Assembly: GCA_002245135.1 (NCBI GenBank) | Contig: NGBS01001164.1 | Coordinates: 124,001-188,000, forward strand | Direction of reading: 5' to 3' | DNA length: 64,000 nt | DNA from: Proteromonas lacertae | Lineage: Eukaryota | Shown here: positions 13,201 through 25,857 of the stretch, one piece after another | How the letters are laid out: each line of letters starts with the position of its first letter | How positions within the stretch are numbered: the stretch's first letter is position 1 | The notes under the pieces: generated by a model | The model's database searches: none | Told to the model about the DNA's origin: nothing | Seen by the model: only the letters and a program-made list of their open reading frames with translations | Position numbers and translations under genes: made by a program

Positions 13201-16200
13201 TACAACTTTAAACACTGGATCAGTTGGAGGAGTTTCAGTTAATACAATAGAACGTGATAATAAATCACTTAATATCTGAATACCATTATCTTTAACAAAT
13301 TCTTCAGCATTATAAGGTGATGCTTTACATGTCATAAATAACAATTGTGTACAACTCTCTAAGAATGGAGCTTTCTCTACAGTAACCATCTCTTCAGGTT
13401 TCAACTGTAATAATGGATCTAATAATTGATAACCAGCATATTTATATTGTCCTAATTCTGATGGGAATCTGGTGAATAGAATACTTTGTGTTTTAATAAT
13501 TAATGAGATATTCATTGGATCTGGTCCACCTACTGATGGTCTTAAAGCACTTAATATTTCATAAGCTTCTTGTATCTTTTCAAACATATCTCTTCCTTCA
13601 GGATTCTTATCAGGATGGTATTTTCTAGCTAATTTTCTATATTGTCTTCTAATTGCACTTTCATCATCTTCTGGTCTAAGTTCTAATAGTTCTCTAGCAT
13701 CATCCATTGATACACCACTTGCTTCTTTACTATTTTCTATTCTCCAGGCATCTAATACAGCTCTTAATAAATCAACTGGTGATCTTACAGGCCAACTACC
13801 AAATCTTTGTTCATCACATAAAGCAGCTAAGAAGTAATTATGACAGAATAATTCATCTTTCAATTCTTTATAGATTATAGTTGGTATAGGGCAATAATCA
13901 TATATTAATCTTGGATATTCCTTCAATCTCTTTGATAATTCTCCCAAGTGTTGATTAATCTGTTCTACCAAAGTGTTTTCTCATATCATATTTCCATATT
14001 ACTTCAGGTGTATCTAAATTACCTAAGAATGTCTTACTAAACTCATCAGGACCATAATTCTCTAACATACAGATCATTGATTCAGGTAACATTGTACCAA
14101 GTATACTTCTCTTTGATAATGATACATCTGTATTTAAAGCATCAGCATTGGTTCTGAAATTCTGTAATAAATGAGTCTTTGTTAATAAACTAGCAATTGT
14201 TTGGAAGTTTGAACCTGCATAACTTAATGCAAAATAATAAACACCAGTTAAATATAACTTGGATAATGCTAATGGATTATCTTCAATTAATAATAATAAG
14301 ATTTGAGCAACTTTTTCTATTACTTTTGGATCATTTATTAATAACATTTCACAGATGGATGTTAGTCTTTTATGTTCTGATAATAATCTCTTGGCTTTGG
14401 GAATTGGTCTAATTGGTTTACCTAAAATATCTTTACTTGATAACTTCTTAATCATATTTTCAAATATATTTAATATATTCAAGGCACATTCTATATTTGT
14501 CATTGATGATTGTCCTTCCATTAGGAATTGCCATTTCAACTGTGGAATATCTTTCATTTTAGTCCATTCTAATCCTTCAGCCATGAAGTATGTATTTTCA
14601 TTAATTGTATTCTCTTTATCCAATTGTCGTAACTTCACCATTGTTACTGGTCCTCGTGGAGCTCCAGTTTCACCTAATTTATAATACCATTCACTTACAC
14701 CTTCATCTATTTCTTCTTTCTTTTGTTGTTGTTGTTGTTGATTATCACCTCCTGATGGTGATGGTGATGGTATATCATATCCTTTATCACTAGAAGTACC
14801 TTGTGTTAATAGCAATGTATTAGCTGTTAAAGATGCTTGTAATATACTTGTAACATGCATTGTTTCTTCAGGTTGAGTATGAGCCATTGTCATTAAATCG
14901 ATTAATAATTGAATAGTATCTTCATTCAAACATATATCAATATTACGAGGATGTAATACTAATACACATAATAGCTGTATTAATGTATCTCTTTCTTCCA
15001 TATTTCTAGTTGTTTTGATTAAATATACAATATGTGATGTTTCAATAAATTCACCATATCTCTTCCAATTCTGTTTATACACTGTAGTCATTGCTTTTAT
15101 ACACATTATCTTCAAATCATGGTTTGGTTCTCTTAAATATCTCATATATAACGCATTGAATAATTCAGTAGGTTTAGCAACATTAAAACCATTATTATTA
15201 TCACCATTACTTGAAGAATTCATTAATAATCTAATGAAATGACCATCAACATACAATTCATTGGCTAAACTTGGATATTCAACTGTAAACTCTTGATGAT
15301 TCCATGCTATATTATTAACATCTTCAGTACTTGAACTATTCTGGTCTAATATAGCAATCTCTGATTCTAATGCTGTTCTTAACTCTGACAATGTGTTATG
15401 ATTCCATACATTATCAGGTGATTCATGATCTTCTAATATCATAAAGAAAAATAATGGGAAATTCTGTTGTTTAGTACTATCTTTCCTAATACTTTGTATT
15501 TTATTTCTAAATCTACTTTGAGTCATTGTTGAGACTTCTTCTGGACTTGATATACCTGTACCATCTTCATCATCTTCACCTTTCAATGTATTTCTCTCTT
15601 TCTCCATATATTTCTTTACTTCACTTTCTTTAAGTGGTGGTAAATCTAAATATCTTCTCATTCCTTCAGGTACCATTCTTCTTAATAAATCCATTCCTCC
15701 TTCATGTCCACTCATCCATATACTTACTAAATATCGTGATATAAACCTCTGATCTTCACTTGGAGAGAAGATTGCATAATAAAAGTGTCTTAATAATACA
15801 CCTTCAGATAAAGCTGCATTCTGCATTAATTGAGCTACTCTTGAATCACTCTCTTCTACTATTGTCTGCATTAATAAAGCAGTTGACATTGTAATTGCTG
15901 GACAAGGTGAATGGAATAATGATAACATCTTTTCATGTCTTTCAGATAGTAAGGTCAATAATAATTGCTTGTGACTTGGCTCGGTTTGATCTGGTTGTGT
16001 ACATAATACAGTCTCTAATAGTTCGACTAAAGCTTGAATAATTAAAGCACCATTACCCATTGGTGAGAATTTATCTAAACAATCAATAAATAATGTGTTT
16101 CTAAGTGTTTCATTTCCTAATAATTCAGATCTTACTGTTTTAATAAACTCTTCATTTGCACCTTCATAATTTGAACTACATAATGCATTAATAATTTCAA

Positions 16201-17675
16201 TATTCCAAAATACAATACCATCTTCTTTTCTTCTTAAACCTTGTAAGAATACATCAGCATAATCAGGGCAATGTTGTAATAATATATCCAATCCTCTACT
16301 ACGATAAATACTAAGATATAAAGTCTCATAATAGGTTGTAACTGTAGCTTCTGAGGTTGATAGATCATTTAATGCTTTCTTTAATTCACTGAAGAGTGTA
16401 GTGACGAATAATACATCTTGTTTCTTTTTAACTTCTAATTTGAAAGGTGGACCTGTTCTAATTGCATTTGAATTAAGATCTTGTAAACATCGGAAATATT
16501 CTGTATCATATCCTTCTTCAGTATCACCACCATTCTTGGCTTCAATACAAATAGCTTTTACAAATCTAATAATTTATATATATATTAATATACATCATTG
16601 TAACAGTTTCTCTTAATTCATCATTCATGTCAAATATCTTACAAGATAATGGTGTAGGGAATGATGATACAATGACGTCATATTGACCCAACGCTCTACA
16701 CGCATCTAATAGTGTTCCAATAAACGCATCTCTGATTGTACAAAGATAAGTTCTTTTATTACGATGATAGAATTCTATGGAAAATGACTGTGGTTCTTGG
16801 AATGAACGAATAATTGCACATACTTCACTGAGTGATACAATTGAACAAATTGCAAATCTAAATTAATAAAGGATATTATAATAAATACGTCTCTAAATCT
16901 CTTTCAATAATTGCTTTTTCTGTTAATTGAATTGTACGAGGTACAGGAGCAGTGTGTCTTGGAGTAATCTTATGCAATGAAAATGTTGATAAAACTGGAT
17001 CACTATTGTACAAATCACGAAGTTTCAATGCTTTTGAGAATGTCACTTCATTTCCTTCTTCTATTACTTCACCTACTACTTCACACTTCTTTCTAATTTC
17101 TTTAATGAATTTACTTAAAGCATCTAATATGTAAACACGCTTTCTACCTCTCATTGTAATCATCACACCTCCTGTTTTGTCTTTAATTGTATTAATTTCA
17201 TCTACATCACAGTAATAAACACAATCAATAACACGACCTGTACTGGCTATTTCTGTAATACCTGCATCTGATGCACATAATTGTATTTCTTTAGGCTCAC
17301 CTCCTCTTGTGTATTTTGTTGCAGAATAACTTGGTTTTAAAGGATCTTCACAGGCAAGGTTTTTATAGTAAAATAAAGTTGATAATAATCTTGATCTAGA
17401 TGTGGATGTAAATTTAAGATTATCTTTTCTATTAAAAGAGATTAGAACAAAGAAATATACCCACTGTTTCCTTTTTTAATAGTTATAATAAATTCATCAT
17501 CTTTTTCTGTTGCAGTAGCACCTAAAAAATCTTGCACATAAGTCCATTCATTTGTTATAGATTGTGTTGAGAGTTCACAAGTTGCAATACCATTTGATCC
17601 TATCACTAACAGTCTTTGGTATTTACCCCTCCATGTATGGATCTTAGTGGTTATATACTGAGCTTTAATATCCAT
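10300..17675 (-). CDS. DNAJC13: RME-8/DNAJC13 endosomal J-domain protein; apparent 1-nt frameshift at ~13971
   Basis: N-terminal ITTKIHTWRGKYQR; IWN repeats (PEVIWK, PFIIWN, PEIIWS); GYF-like EWYYK..RGPV; J-domain YRKLARKYHPDKNPEGRDMFEKIQEAYE; C-terminal WGQYKHQKHDLF. Confidence 0.92.
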
Positions 17676-17848
17676 TATTCAAGAAGAAGATAATCTTCTT
17701 GATAATCAAATATGTTTTTAATCACTAAATAGAAAAGAAACTTGGCTTGGCAATTTTGTTTTTTGTTAATTCATACTTATAACAGCCAAAACAGTTGAAA
17801 ATAAGATTTACATAGAATATATCAATAGTATAATAATAAATTTCAAAT

Positions 17849-18668
17849 TTAACAACAACCTTTACCATCCTTTTTATTATCTGCGATGGTTTCTTGGTTT
17901 ACATTTACTGTAGCAGAACCACCACCTCCTGATACTGCTGGTGTGTCACTAGACATTAATCTATTTTTACATTGTCTTGCTATACACAAATATGCCTAAT
18001 AATCAAAATTATAAATAATTTCATATATAAATAAATATATATACATCTTCTACATTAGATCCTGTTTTTGCTGATGTTTCGAAAAATTCCATACCATATT
18101 GATCTGCTAATGCTTTTCCTTCTTCATAAGTTACAGTCTATTTTATATAAAATAAAGACAGCTATATAATACTCTATTAGGATCATCTGCTTTGTTTCCG
18201 ACTAGGATTTTATTGATATTTGCATCAGCATGCTAATATATGAATAGAAAACAAGAATTAATACTTTTGCTATATCTTTAATCCAGTTTTCAATACTTCT
18301 GAAGGATTTTTCATCTGTCACATCATAAACCAATAAAATTCCATGAGCACCTCTGAAGTATGCAACTGTGATTGTTCTGAAACGTTCTTGACCAGCAGTA
18401 TCCCAAATCTAGACAGGAAAAAATTAAATAAATACCTGAAGCTTAACTTGTGTTCCATCAAGGTTAATGCTCTTCAATTTGAAATCAATACCAATGGTAG
18501 TTATAAAAGTACCAGCGAATGAGTCACTTGCGTATCGAAGAAGCAATGATGTTTTACCAACACCTATATAATAGAAAGGTCCGTTAAATTAAGTAATATA
18601 CCACTATCACCGATCATAAGTAATTTAATACGCATATCAAATGCTTTATCTCTTCTTGTTCCAGACAT
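17849..18668 (-). CDS. RAB8: Rab8/RabE/Sec4-family small GTPase, 5 short introns
   Basis: [50 protein letters not shown]-terminal GCC prenylation motif; missed by the ORF track because of introns. Confidence 0.9.
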
Positions 18669-19082
18669 TGAATATTATAATATAGTTGATATTGAGAAAT
18701 AAAGCAAAAGAAACCAAGAAAACAAAGTGTTTAGTGATTAAAAATCTAACTTGTTTATTAAGAAAAATTTTAGATAACAATACAAATATTTCTATCAAAA
18801 TTTTAAAAAACCCTTTTTTTGATGTTTTTGTTTTGTCGAGGCATTTGTACATATTGATAGTATATCAATATGTTTTGGCTAATAATAAATGAAACTAAGG
18901 TGAATTAGAGAGTATATTTTTTACACATAACAGACTTATATAGATGGACATTCTCTACAACTTGTGTTTTGCTTGCTTGATGTGGGAAGAATATTGCTAC
19001 ACTCTATATTCAGTTCAATGTGAAAATTCCAAAAATAACAAATAAAACTATAATAATAAGAGAATAAGACAAAAATGATTAT

Positions 19083-19885
19083 TTAAACTAACTTCTTCTT
19101 CATGAAGAATGATCTTAAATAAAACACTTGTGAAGTTGCTACAACTATCAATAAACAAATCTATTTCATAGATTATAGAGAGAGATAAATTTAAAATATA
19201 TATACTTGTGCTATAGACCACCATACAACATATGAATTAGTGGATTCACTGGTGTCTCTGAATGTTTCTTCAGCTTTCTTTTGTATTTTTTGAGTTCCAA
19301 TCATTTCAGTTGTTTTATCTCTTAAACTATTCACCTTATCTTCTAGTTTATTGACAGTTTTAGTGTCTGCAGCATTTTTTAGATCATCTTCTATTTCTTC
19401 TGATTTATGAAAGTGGATTGAAAATCTCTATTTTAATAGAAATGTGATTAATTATGGAAATACCATATCTGTATCTCTTGGGATGTTAGGAATTGTTACA
19501 TTACTCTTGACACATATGATAAATTCACCATCTTCATCAGCAGTAAAGGCAAATCTGCCATGTCTATGAACAGAACGTTTTACAACTTCTTTGCCCTGTG
19601 GAGATGTGACAATAATATCAAGTCCAGCTGCTGGAAATCCTTTGTTTTTTAGCATTGTATTATAAGAATCAAAATCTGGATTTTCATAGTCACCAAGAGT
19701 GACTTGCTTCTTTATTGCAGGTTCAACGAAACATCTTTGTTGACCCTATTATACAATAACAAAACAGTATTTATACTTCTGGTATTCTAAAGAACAATGA
19801 ATGACAAGATGAAACTATCATAATATAAGTAATTTGGCAAGAATATACAAATTGCAAAAAGAAGAATTATTCTATTTATATTCAT
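19083..19885 (-). CDS. p24/TMED (emp24/gp25L) GOLD-domain cargo receptor
   Basis: Signal peptide, QRCFVE, GRFAFTADEDGEFIICV, RDTSESTNSYVVWWSIAQ, C-terminal YLRSFFMKKKLV. Confidence 0.9.
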
Positions 19886-20031
19886 TTCCAAGAAAAAAAG
19901 AAAAATCAATTTAAAAATGAGGCTTGAATAGCTTGATTCAATTTTATTTTGAAAAAAATAAACAAAAAAGAAATAATAGTTATAGTTAAAATGTTTTTCA
20001 ATTATTATTCTTTATTTTTTCATAAAAAAAA

Positions 20032-22611
20032 CTAAAATTCATCAGCCCATGATAGATCAGCATCAGGGGGTATATTAATATTCTCAGGTTTTTCTAATGG
20101 TTTAATTTCATCACTAAAATTGGATGTATCTAGTAAACCTTTAACATTAGGAATATAAGGAGCTTTAATCTCTTGGTTAGCTAACTTCTCCCAATCAAAA
20201 TCAGTGAAAAACGGATGTTGTTTAATCTCTTCAGCGCCATTTCTTCTACTACCAATTCTTCTGAAAGGATTTGGATTCATTAGTTGAATCAATAAATTAT
20301 TCAGTGTATGTGGAAATACAGATGGGAATTGTACATGTGGAAACGCCATTGTATATCTACTAATTTCTACATAACAATCCCAAGGATTCTGTGAATTAAC
20401 ATGGAAAGGACTGAAACCACTTGCCATTTCATATAATAACACACCTAAAGCCCACCAATCAACAGAAACATTGTGACCACATCTTCTATATACTTCTGGA
20501 GCTGTATATTCGGGTGTACCACATAAACTATAAGTTCTAGCTTTATTAATCTGTTTAGCAAAACCAAAATCAGCTAATTTCAAATATCCTTCATTTGTTA
20601 ATAATAGATTCTCTGGTTTAAGATCTCTATGACATACACCTAATCCATGTAAGTATTCTAATGCTAAGACAATTATACCAGTGTAAAATATAACAGTATC
20701 TCGAGGGAAACAACCTGGAACTTCATCATTTTCATTCATTGTCTTGTTATTCACAGTGTCTCTCATTAATGTGTATAATTCACCTCCTAAACATAATTCC
20801 ATTACCATATAAACTGAATCATCATCTCTAAATGTGGAGACTAAATTGACTAAAAATGCATTATGCACTTTTTCTAAGATTCTCTTTTCATTTAATACAA
20901 ATGCTTGATGATCTGCACTAACTATAGTTGCTTTAAACATCTGTTTCAATGCATAAGTCATACCTGTTGTTTTATCTCTAACCAAAAATACAGTACCATA
21001 AGAACCAGCACCAATTATTCTAACAGTTTGTAAATCATTCTGGTCAATATGAGTAACTTGCTTTTGTGATCTTGCATTAAATATATCTTCTAAATGATGT
21101 TTCAATGATCCCAATACTGTATCAAATGACTCTTTATTCAATGCTAATACAGTTACATCACCAACTGCTATTACACTTACACGTCTAGTGGAATTAGTTA
21201 ATAAAGCGCCTTCACCAAAATGTTCACCTGCGACTAATTCACCAACATTCTCTTCTATACCACTATCATTGGTTTTAACACATTTTACATGTCCTTCTTT
21301 GATAATATAAAAGTTTTGTCCTTTTTTACCTTGTGTTACTATAATATCACCATCTTTATATTCTATAGGTTTTAATACACCAGCTAATCTATATAATCTC
21401 TCTACTGACAATGGCTTGAATAGTTCAATAGATTGTAATAATCTCATAGCTTCATTATGTTCTAATAGATCATGTAAATCACCTAATAATTCATGGAATT
21501 CATCACGAGATAGAGTTAAACAATCAGTCTCAGTAACTGCTACAACATCAGCAGATCGTGGTTCATCTTTTAATAAAGCTCTTTCACCAAAATAATCACC
21601 CTTTTTTCGATGTACCAAGTCAACGGTTATACATTCTGATGGTTGTGCTGGATTGGTTCTATGCTCTCTCACCACTACTTCACCATTTTCAATGATATAA
21701 AATGTACTGCCAATATCTCCTTGTTTAATAATCACTTCATCTGGTTTATAATGCATTGGTTTCAATGAATTAGCGACTAAAACACGTTGTTCTGGAGTTA
21801 ATGGTGCTAATATAGGAACACTGGATAAGAAATCTACATTACCTTGCTCAACGGACTTAGAATGCATCATTAAATTACGTTGGTAGTTAATACGACTGAG
21901 TGCAAATACAGAACTATCAGTAACTGATGTAATTGTGACTGAACTTTTTACTGGAAATACTAATGCACTTTCACCAAAATGTGAAAAGTCTTGTTTTCCA
22001 TCAGATGATTTGAATGATCCTTTTTCTACAACATAGAAATTATTGTTCATTTCCCCTTCCTTTATTACATCTGTACCTGCTTTAAATGTTATGTAAAACA
22101 TTGTTTCTACTACTGACCTTAAACCATCTTCATTATATGTATCAAATGGTGAACTATTTTAATATATATATAAATATTATAATTAATACATTTCTTTGAG
22201 TTTAGAGATTATATAATCCTCCTTATCTCTTTCTTTTACTCCTGGGGTTATATCGCCTTTATCAAAATCGCCAGTTTCCCAAAAACCCATTTTCTTTGTT
22301 CGAAATGTATCAGCTTTTGCTTTATAGAATTTTTCAACTTCGCTTGTATCTATTTCTGCTTCAGAGGGGTTCATCTTGACTGATTTTACTGTATCTGGAT
22401 TTTTAACATTGGATACATCTGGCGTTGTTTCAGTAGAATTTATTGCTATTGGTAAACTAGGTTGTTCATCTTTTGCAACTGGAGTTGGAACAGATCTTGT
22501 ATCTTGCTATTAAATATACACGAATTTAAATACAGGAGTAGGACACTGCACAACTGGAGCTTCAGTTTTATCGGGATTTACGTTTTCTTTTGAGGAACAA
22601 CCTCCCATCAT
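20032..22611 (-). CDS. PKG: cGMP-dependent protein kinase (three cNMP-binding domains plus AGC kinase)
   Basis: FGESAL, FGERALLKDEPRSADV, FGEGALL; GAGSYG, HRDLKPEN, DFG, LCGTPEY; N-terminus (M)MGGCSSK; two short coding introns. Confidence 0.88.
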
Positions 22612-23899
22612 CTACTACTGAGTTATTGTCTATGAAAATATATTAACAAATTTATGAAATAAAATAATAATATAGGATGGATAAAAAAGAGAAATAGCAT
22701 TGATAGTTTTAAAGATATAAATAATTTGATAAAAATTTAAAACCTACCTTTGAAACGGCTTAATTTTTGATTATGAAATAAAAAACATCATGACATATTC
22801 TATAGAATATAGAGTATTAAAAAATACTTTAATTAAGTTATATCTTGCTAATTTGTATATCATATTTATTTGGTTGATTAAGTTGTATTATTTTAAATTT
22901 AACAGAATCTGCACAAAGAGTATTGAAAATATATAATAGCGTGCATATACATTACAAATTAATGCTTTAAATTACAATTTCCTGTACTGCGCATAATCTT
23001 ATTTTTAATTTAATATTGTAACGGATTAATTTTTTAATTTTTAGAAAATATTCTATTCTGAAAGACACAAATAACTACGGGTATAACTATCACATCAAAT
23101 TGTCATACAAACATATCATTAAATGTTATTCAAGTGAATTAATACCACAGCGGTTAATCAAATAATAGTATGTTCAATATGAATCGGAAACCACTTCAGC
23201 TGTTCGACATATTTTTAGATAATCTCAGATTTGTAATGGCATCAATATATGTGTATTTTATAATATGGAACAAATACTCATAGTTACGATGCAAAATGAT
23301 AATCAATTGTCCAGTATCACATTATTTATTGTGTTGATACTATTATATCCATATATAATCCAGTAATTAAAATTCTGATTATTCAATTGCAATATTTGCA
23401 CAATATGACTACCCTATTTATAGTTAGTATGTATTATACATTACAAAGCTAAGAATGACTATGATGCAAAATCTAATATACAGTAATAATTCTCTGAACA
23501 AATTATTTTTTGATAGATTTATCCTTACTACATTCATCAAGCGCAGTATTTAATAAATGTAGTTGTATTCTACAGTATTTAGTTCCATTAAGAAAAATGT
23601 GTTTAAGTGAGAAAAGCACCTATTAAACAGCTAATATAAATCTATTTAATATCTATTACCTCGTGTATAATACACATTAGACTACAGAACCGCAATAATT
23701 TTAATAAACTACGAATATAAGAAAATACTCACTAATCTTCGTCGTAGTCTATGAGTACAGGTGGCATCTATTTCATACTTAAGGCATCCATCCAAATGTT
23801 AAATTTGATGATAATTGGATCCTTTTGAAACAGCCAACAAAAAAGTTTTTAAAAATATTTGTAACCGATTAATTCTTGGTTATTTTTTTTGTAATACTT

Positions 23900-24382
23900 A
23901 TGAAATCAAATAAAAAAAAGTATACCACTAGTGCACATAAGAACCTAACCCAGAAGGATTGGCTGGCTTTATTTGAGAGAGTTCAAGAAGTCCGAAACAT
24001 CACTGAAGTGGCAAATGATACAGGTATTAGACGTCAGATATTATCAGAAAAATATAACTTGTGGAAGAAATATGGCAATGAGTACCTATATTCTAAAACA
24101 TGGTCCAACCGTATATTTACTCAAGAAGAAGAATATGAGCTGTTTCTTCAGATCTGGAATTACGATTATACGGTAGATAAAACTCAAAAGTTTTGTGATT
24201 CAGTAATTGCGAAACTTGCAACAGAGTTTTATAAAAATATTTCTAAAGAGCGTGTTGTAAAGCCATTTAAAGTAAGTCTAGGATGGATTATAGACTTTAG
24301 ACACAGGTTTGGAATTAAATTTAGAGCTTCAAAAAGCTACTATTTACAATGGGAAATAATCCAAGCGAGAGGATGTGAATAG
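23900..24382 (+). CDS. pogo/Tc5/CENP-B-type double HTH DNA-binding protein, no DDE domain
   Basis: NITEVANDTGIRRQILS (psq-like HTH); RIFTQEEEYEL...FKVSLGWIIDFRHRFGI (HTH_Tnp_Tc5-like); intronless. Confidence 0.7.
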   Translation: MKSNKKKYTTSAHKNLTQKDWLALFERVQEVRNITEVANDTGIRRQILSEKYNLWKKYGNEYLYSKTWSNRIFTQEEEYELFLQIWNYDYTVDKTQKFCDSVIAKLATEFYKNISKERVVKPFKVSLGWIIDFRHRFGIKFRASKSYYLQWEIIQARGCE

Positions 24383-24899
24383 TAAATAGGGAAGTGTTGT
24401 AAGCAACATACAATTTAATTTAAGGCGAAAGTCTGTTTTTTTTGTTATTTTATTAAGTAATACTCTTATATTTGTTATATTATGTTTGTTAGTTGGAATA
24501 TAGTTGAAGTTGAATGTACTATTGTACACATTAACACTTTAGAGCTAAAAATATGTTTAAATATATGCTTATAGCTAATAAACAATAGAATAATATAATA
24601 CATTGTATTTATGTATTTATATGCTGTAAGCATTTAAGTTATGCATTGCTTGCATAAAGTGCAATATTATTACATATGCAAATGTCTAATGGCCTACATG
24701 GTATTATATAACCATAAAAAAACAATATATCTATTGATTTTAGAATTTAATTTAAACTGGTAATTGATGATTTAATTAAAAGGGGCCTTCTATTTAAAAA
24801 ACATAATATAAAATATAAAACATTAATATAACTGATAACAATGATAAATAGTAATTAATTTATATTATTACACAAATATTCATAATAACAACCTTCTTT

Positions 24900-25424
24900 T
24901 CATGATGAACCTAGACTATTTATTTGTTGTTCATCATTTAGATGAGATGGCTTTACAATTGACCACTTATAATATTGACCTCTTTTCATTTCTTCTATAA
25001 CATCATGTCTAAATCTAAAATCATGAAGCCAACCTGAACTTACTCGAAATTCTTTGACTTTTCTTCTTTCTGAGACATGTATAAATGCTTGTGATGCTGT
25101 TTCCTTAATAAGATTGTCGTGCACAGGGCCTCCACAACTATTTACAACGTAGCTATTCAGAATCTCTATAATAATTCTTGTTTCTTCCTCATTAGAAAAT
25201 ATCCTATTCCATTTACCCCTTGTCTCTGACGCTTCTTCTAAGAGACCACTATTTTTCCATATATGATACTTTTTGGCCAGTGTTTGCCTCCTGATGGAGT
25301 ACTTCTTAGAAACTTTTGAGAGATTTGATTTTTCTATTTCTTGAAACAGCTGTAGCCATTCGTTAGATGATATAAGGTAAGAATCTGTTGATCTTCGAAT
25401 TCTTTTTGGCTTATCTCCGCTCAT
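24900..25424 (-). CDS. Paralogous pogo/Tc5/CENP-B-type double HTH protein, no DDE domain
   Basis: NLSKVSKKYSIRRQTLA; RIFSNEEETRI...PVHDNLIKETA...FRVSSGWLHDFRFRH; colinear with 23900-24382. Confidence 0.7.
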   Translation of the reverse strand: MSGDKPKRIRRSTDSYLISSNEWLQLFQEIEKSNLSKVSKKYSIRRQTLAKKYHIWKNSGLLEEASETRGKWNRIFSNEEETRIIIEILNSYVVNSCGGPVHDNLIKETASQAFIHVSERRKVKEFRVSSGWLHDFRFRHDVIEEMKRGQYYKWSIVKPSHLNDEQQINSLGSS

Positions 25425-25857
25425 TCTTCAAAATTTATTGAACGAGATATTCTATTGGTTCATCAATATTTATTGACATCATGTTACGTCAATAAATCCA
25501 AAAAAGTGCCATGATAAAAGTAATGTACAGATAGCATCTAAAACATGATATTTGAAGAGACATTGTTATATAATAATGAACCATTCTATCAAATTCTCAA
25601 AATTATTTAAGATAACTGCATTGACTTAAAGATTTTTTCATTTCATCTCATTTCATCACTATATACAATTAAGAGAATTATTCATTGATCAGTCTAGCTT
25701 AATCTGTCTAACACACCTACTATTTTTAATTTCTATTCTATACGCTATACATCACATTAACTAACAGATATTCATTTTGATTTGATCGTATAGATGCTAA
25801 TAGAAGATAATAAATCAAAAATTTCAAAATAGAATTAAATTTTATTCTTTTTGTTTT

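Noticed and set aside
16858..16888. ATATCCTTT on the minus strand in RME-8
   Set aside because: It is internal to an ordinary 31-nt GT-AG intron that already restores the frame
22650..25670. Autonomous pogo transposon around the HTH genes
   Set aside because: No DDE domain and no convincing terminal inverted repeats or TA duplications seen
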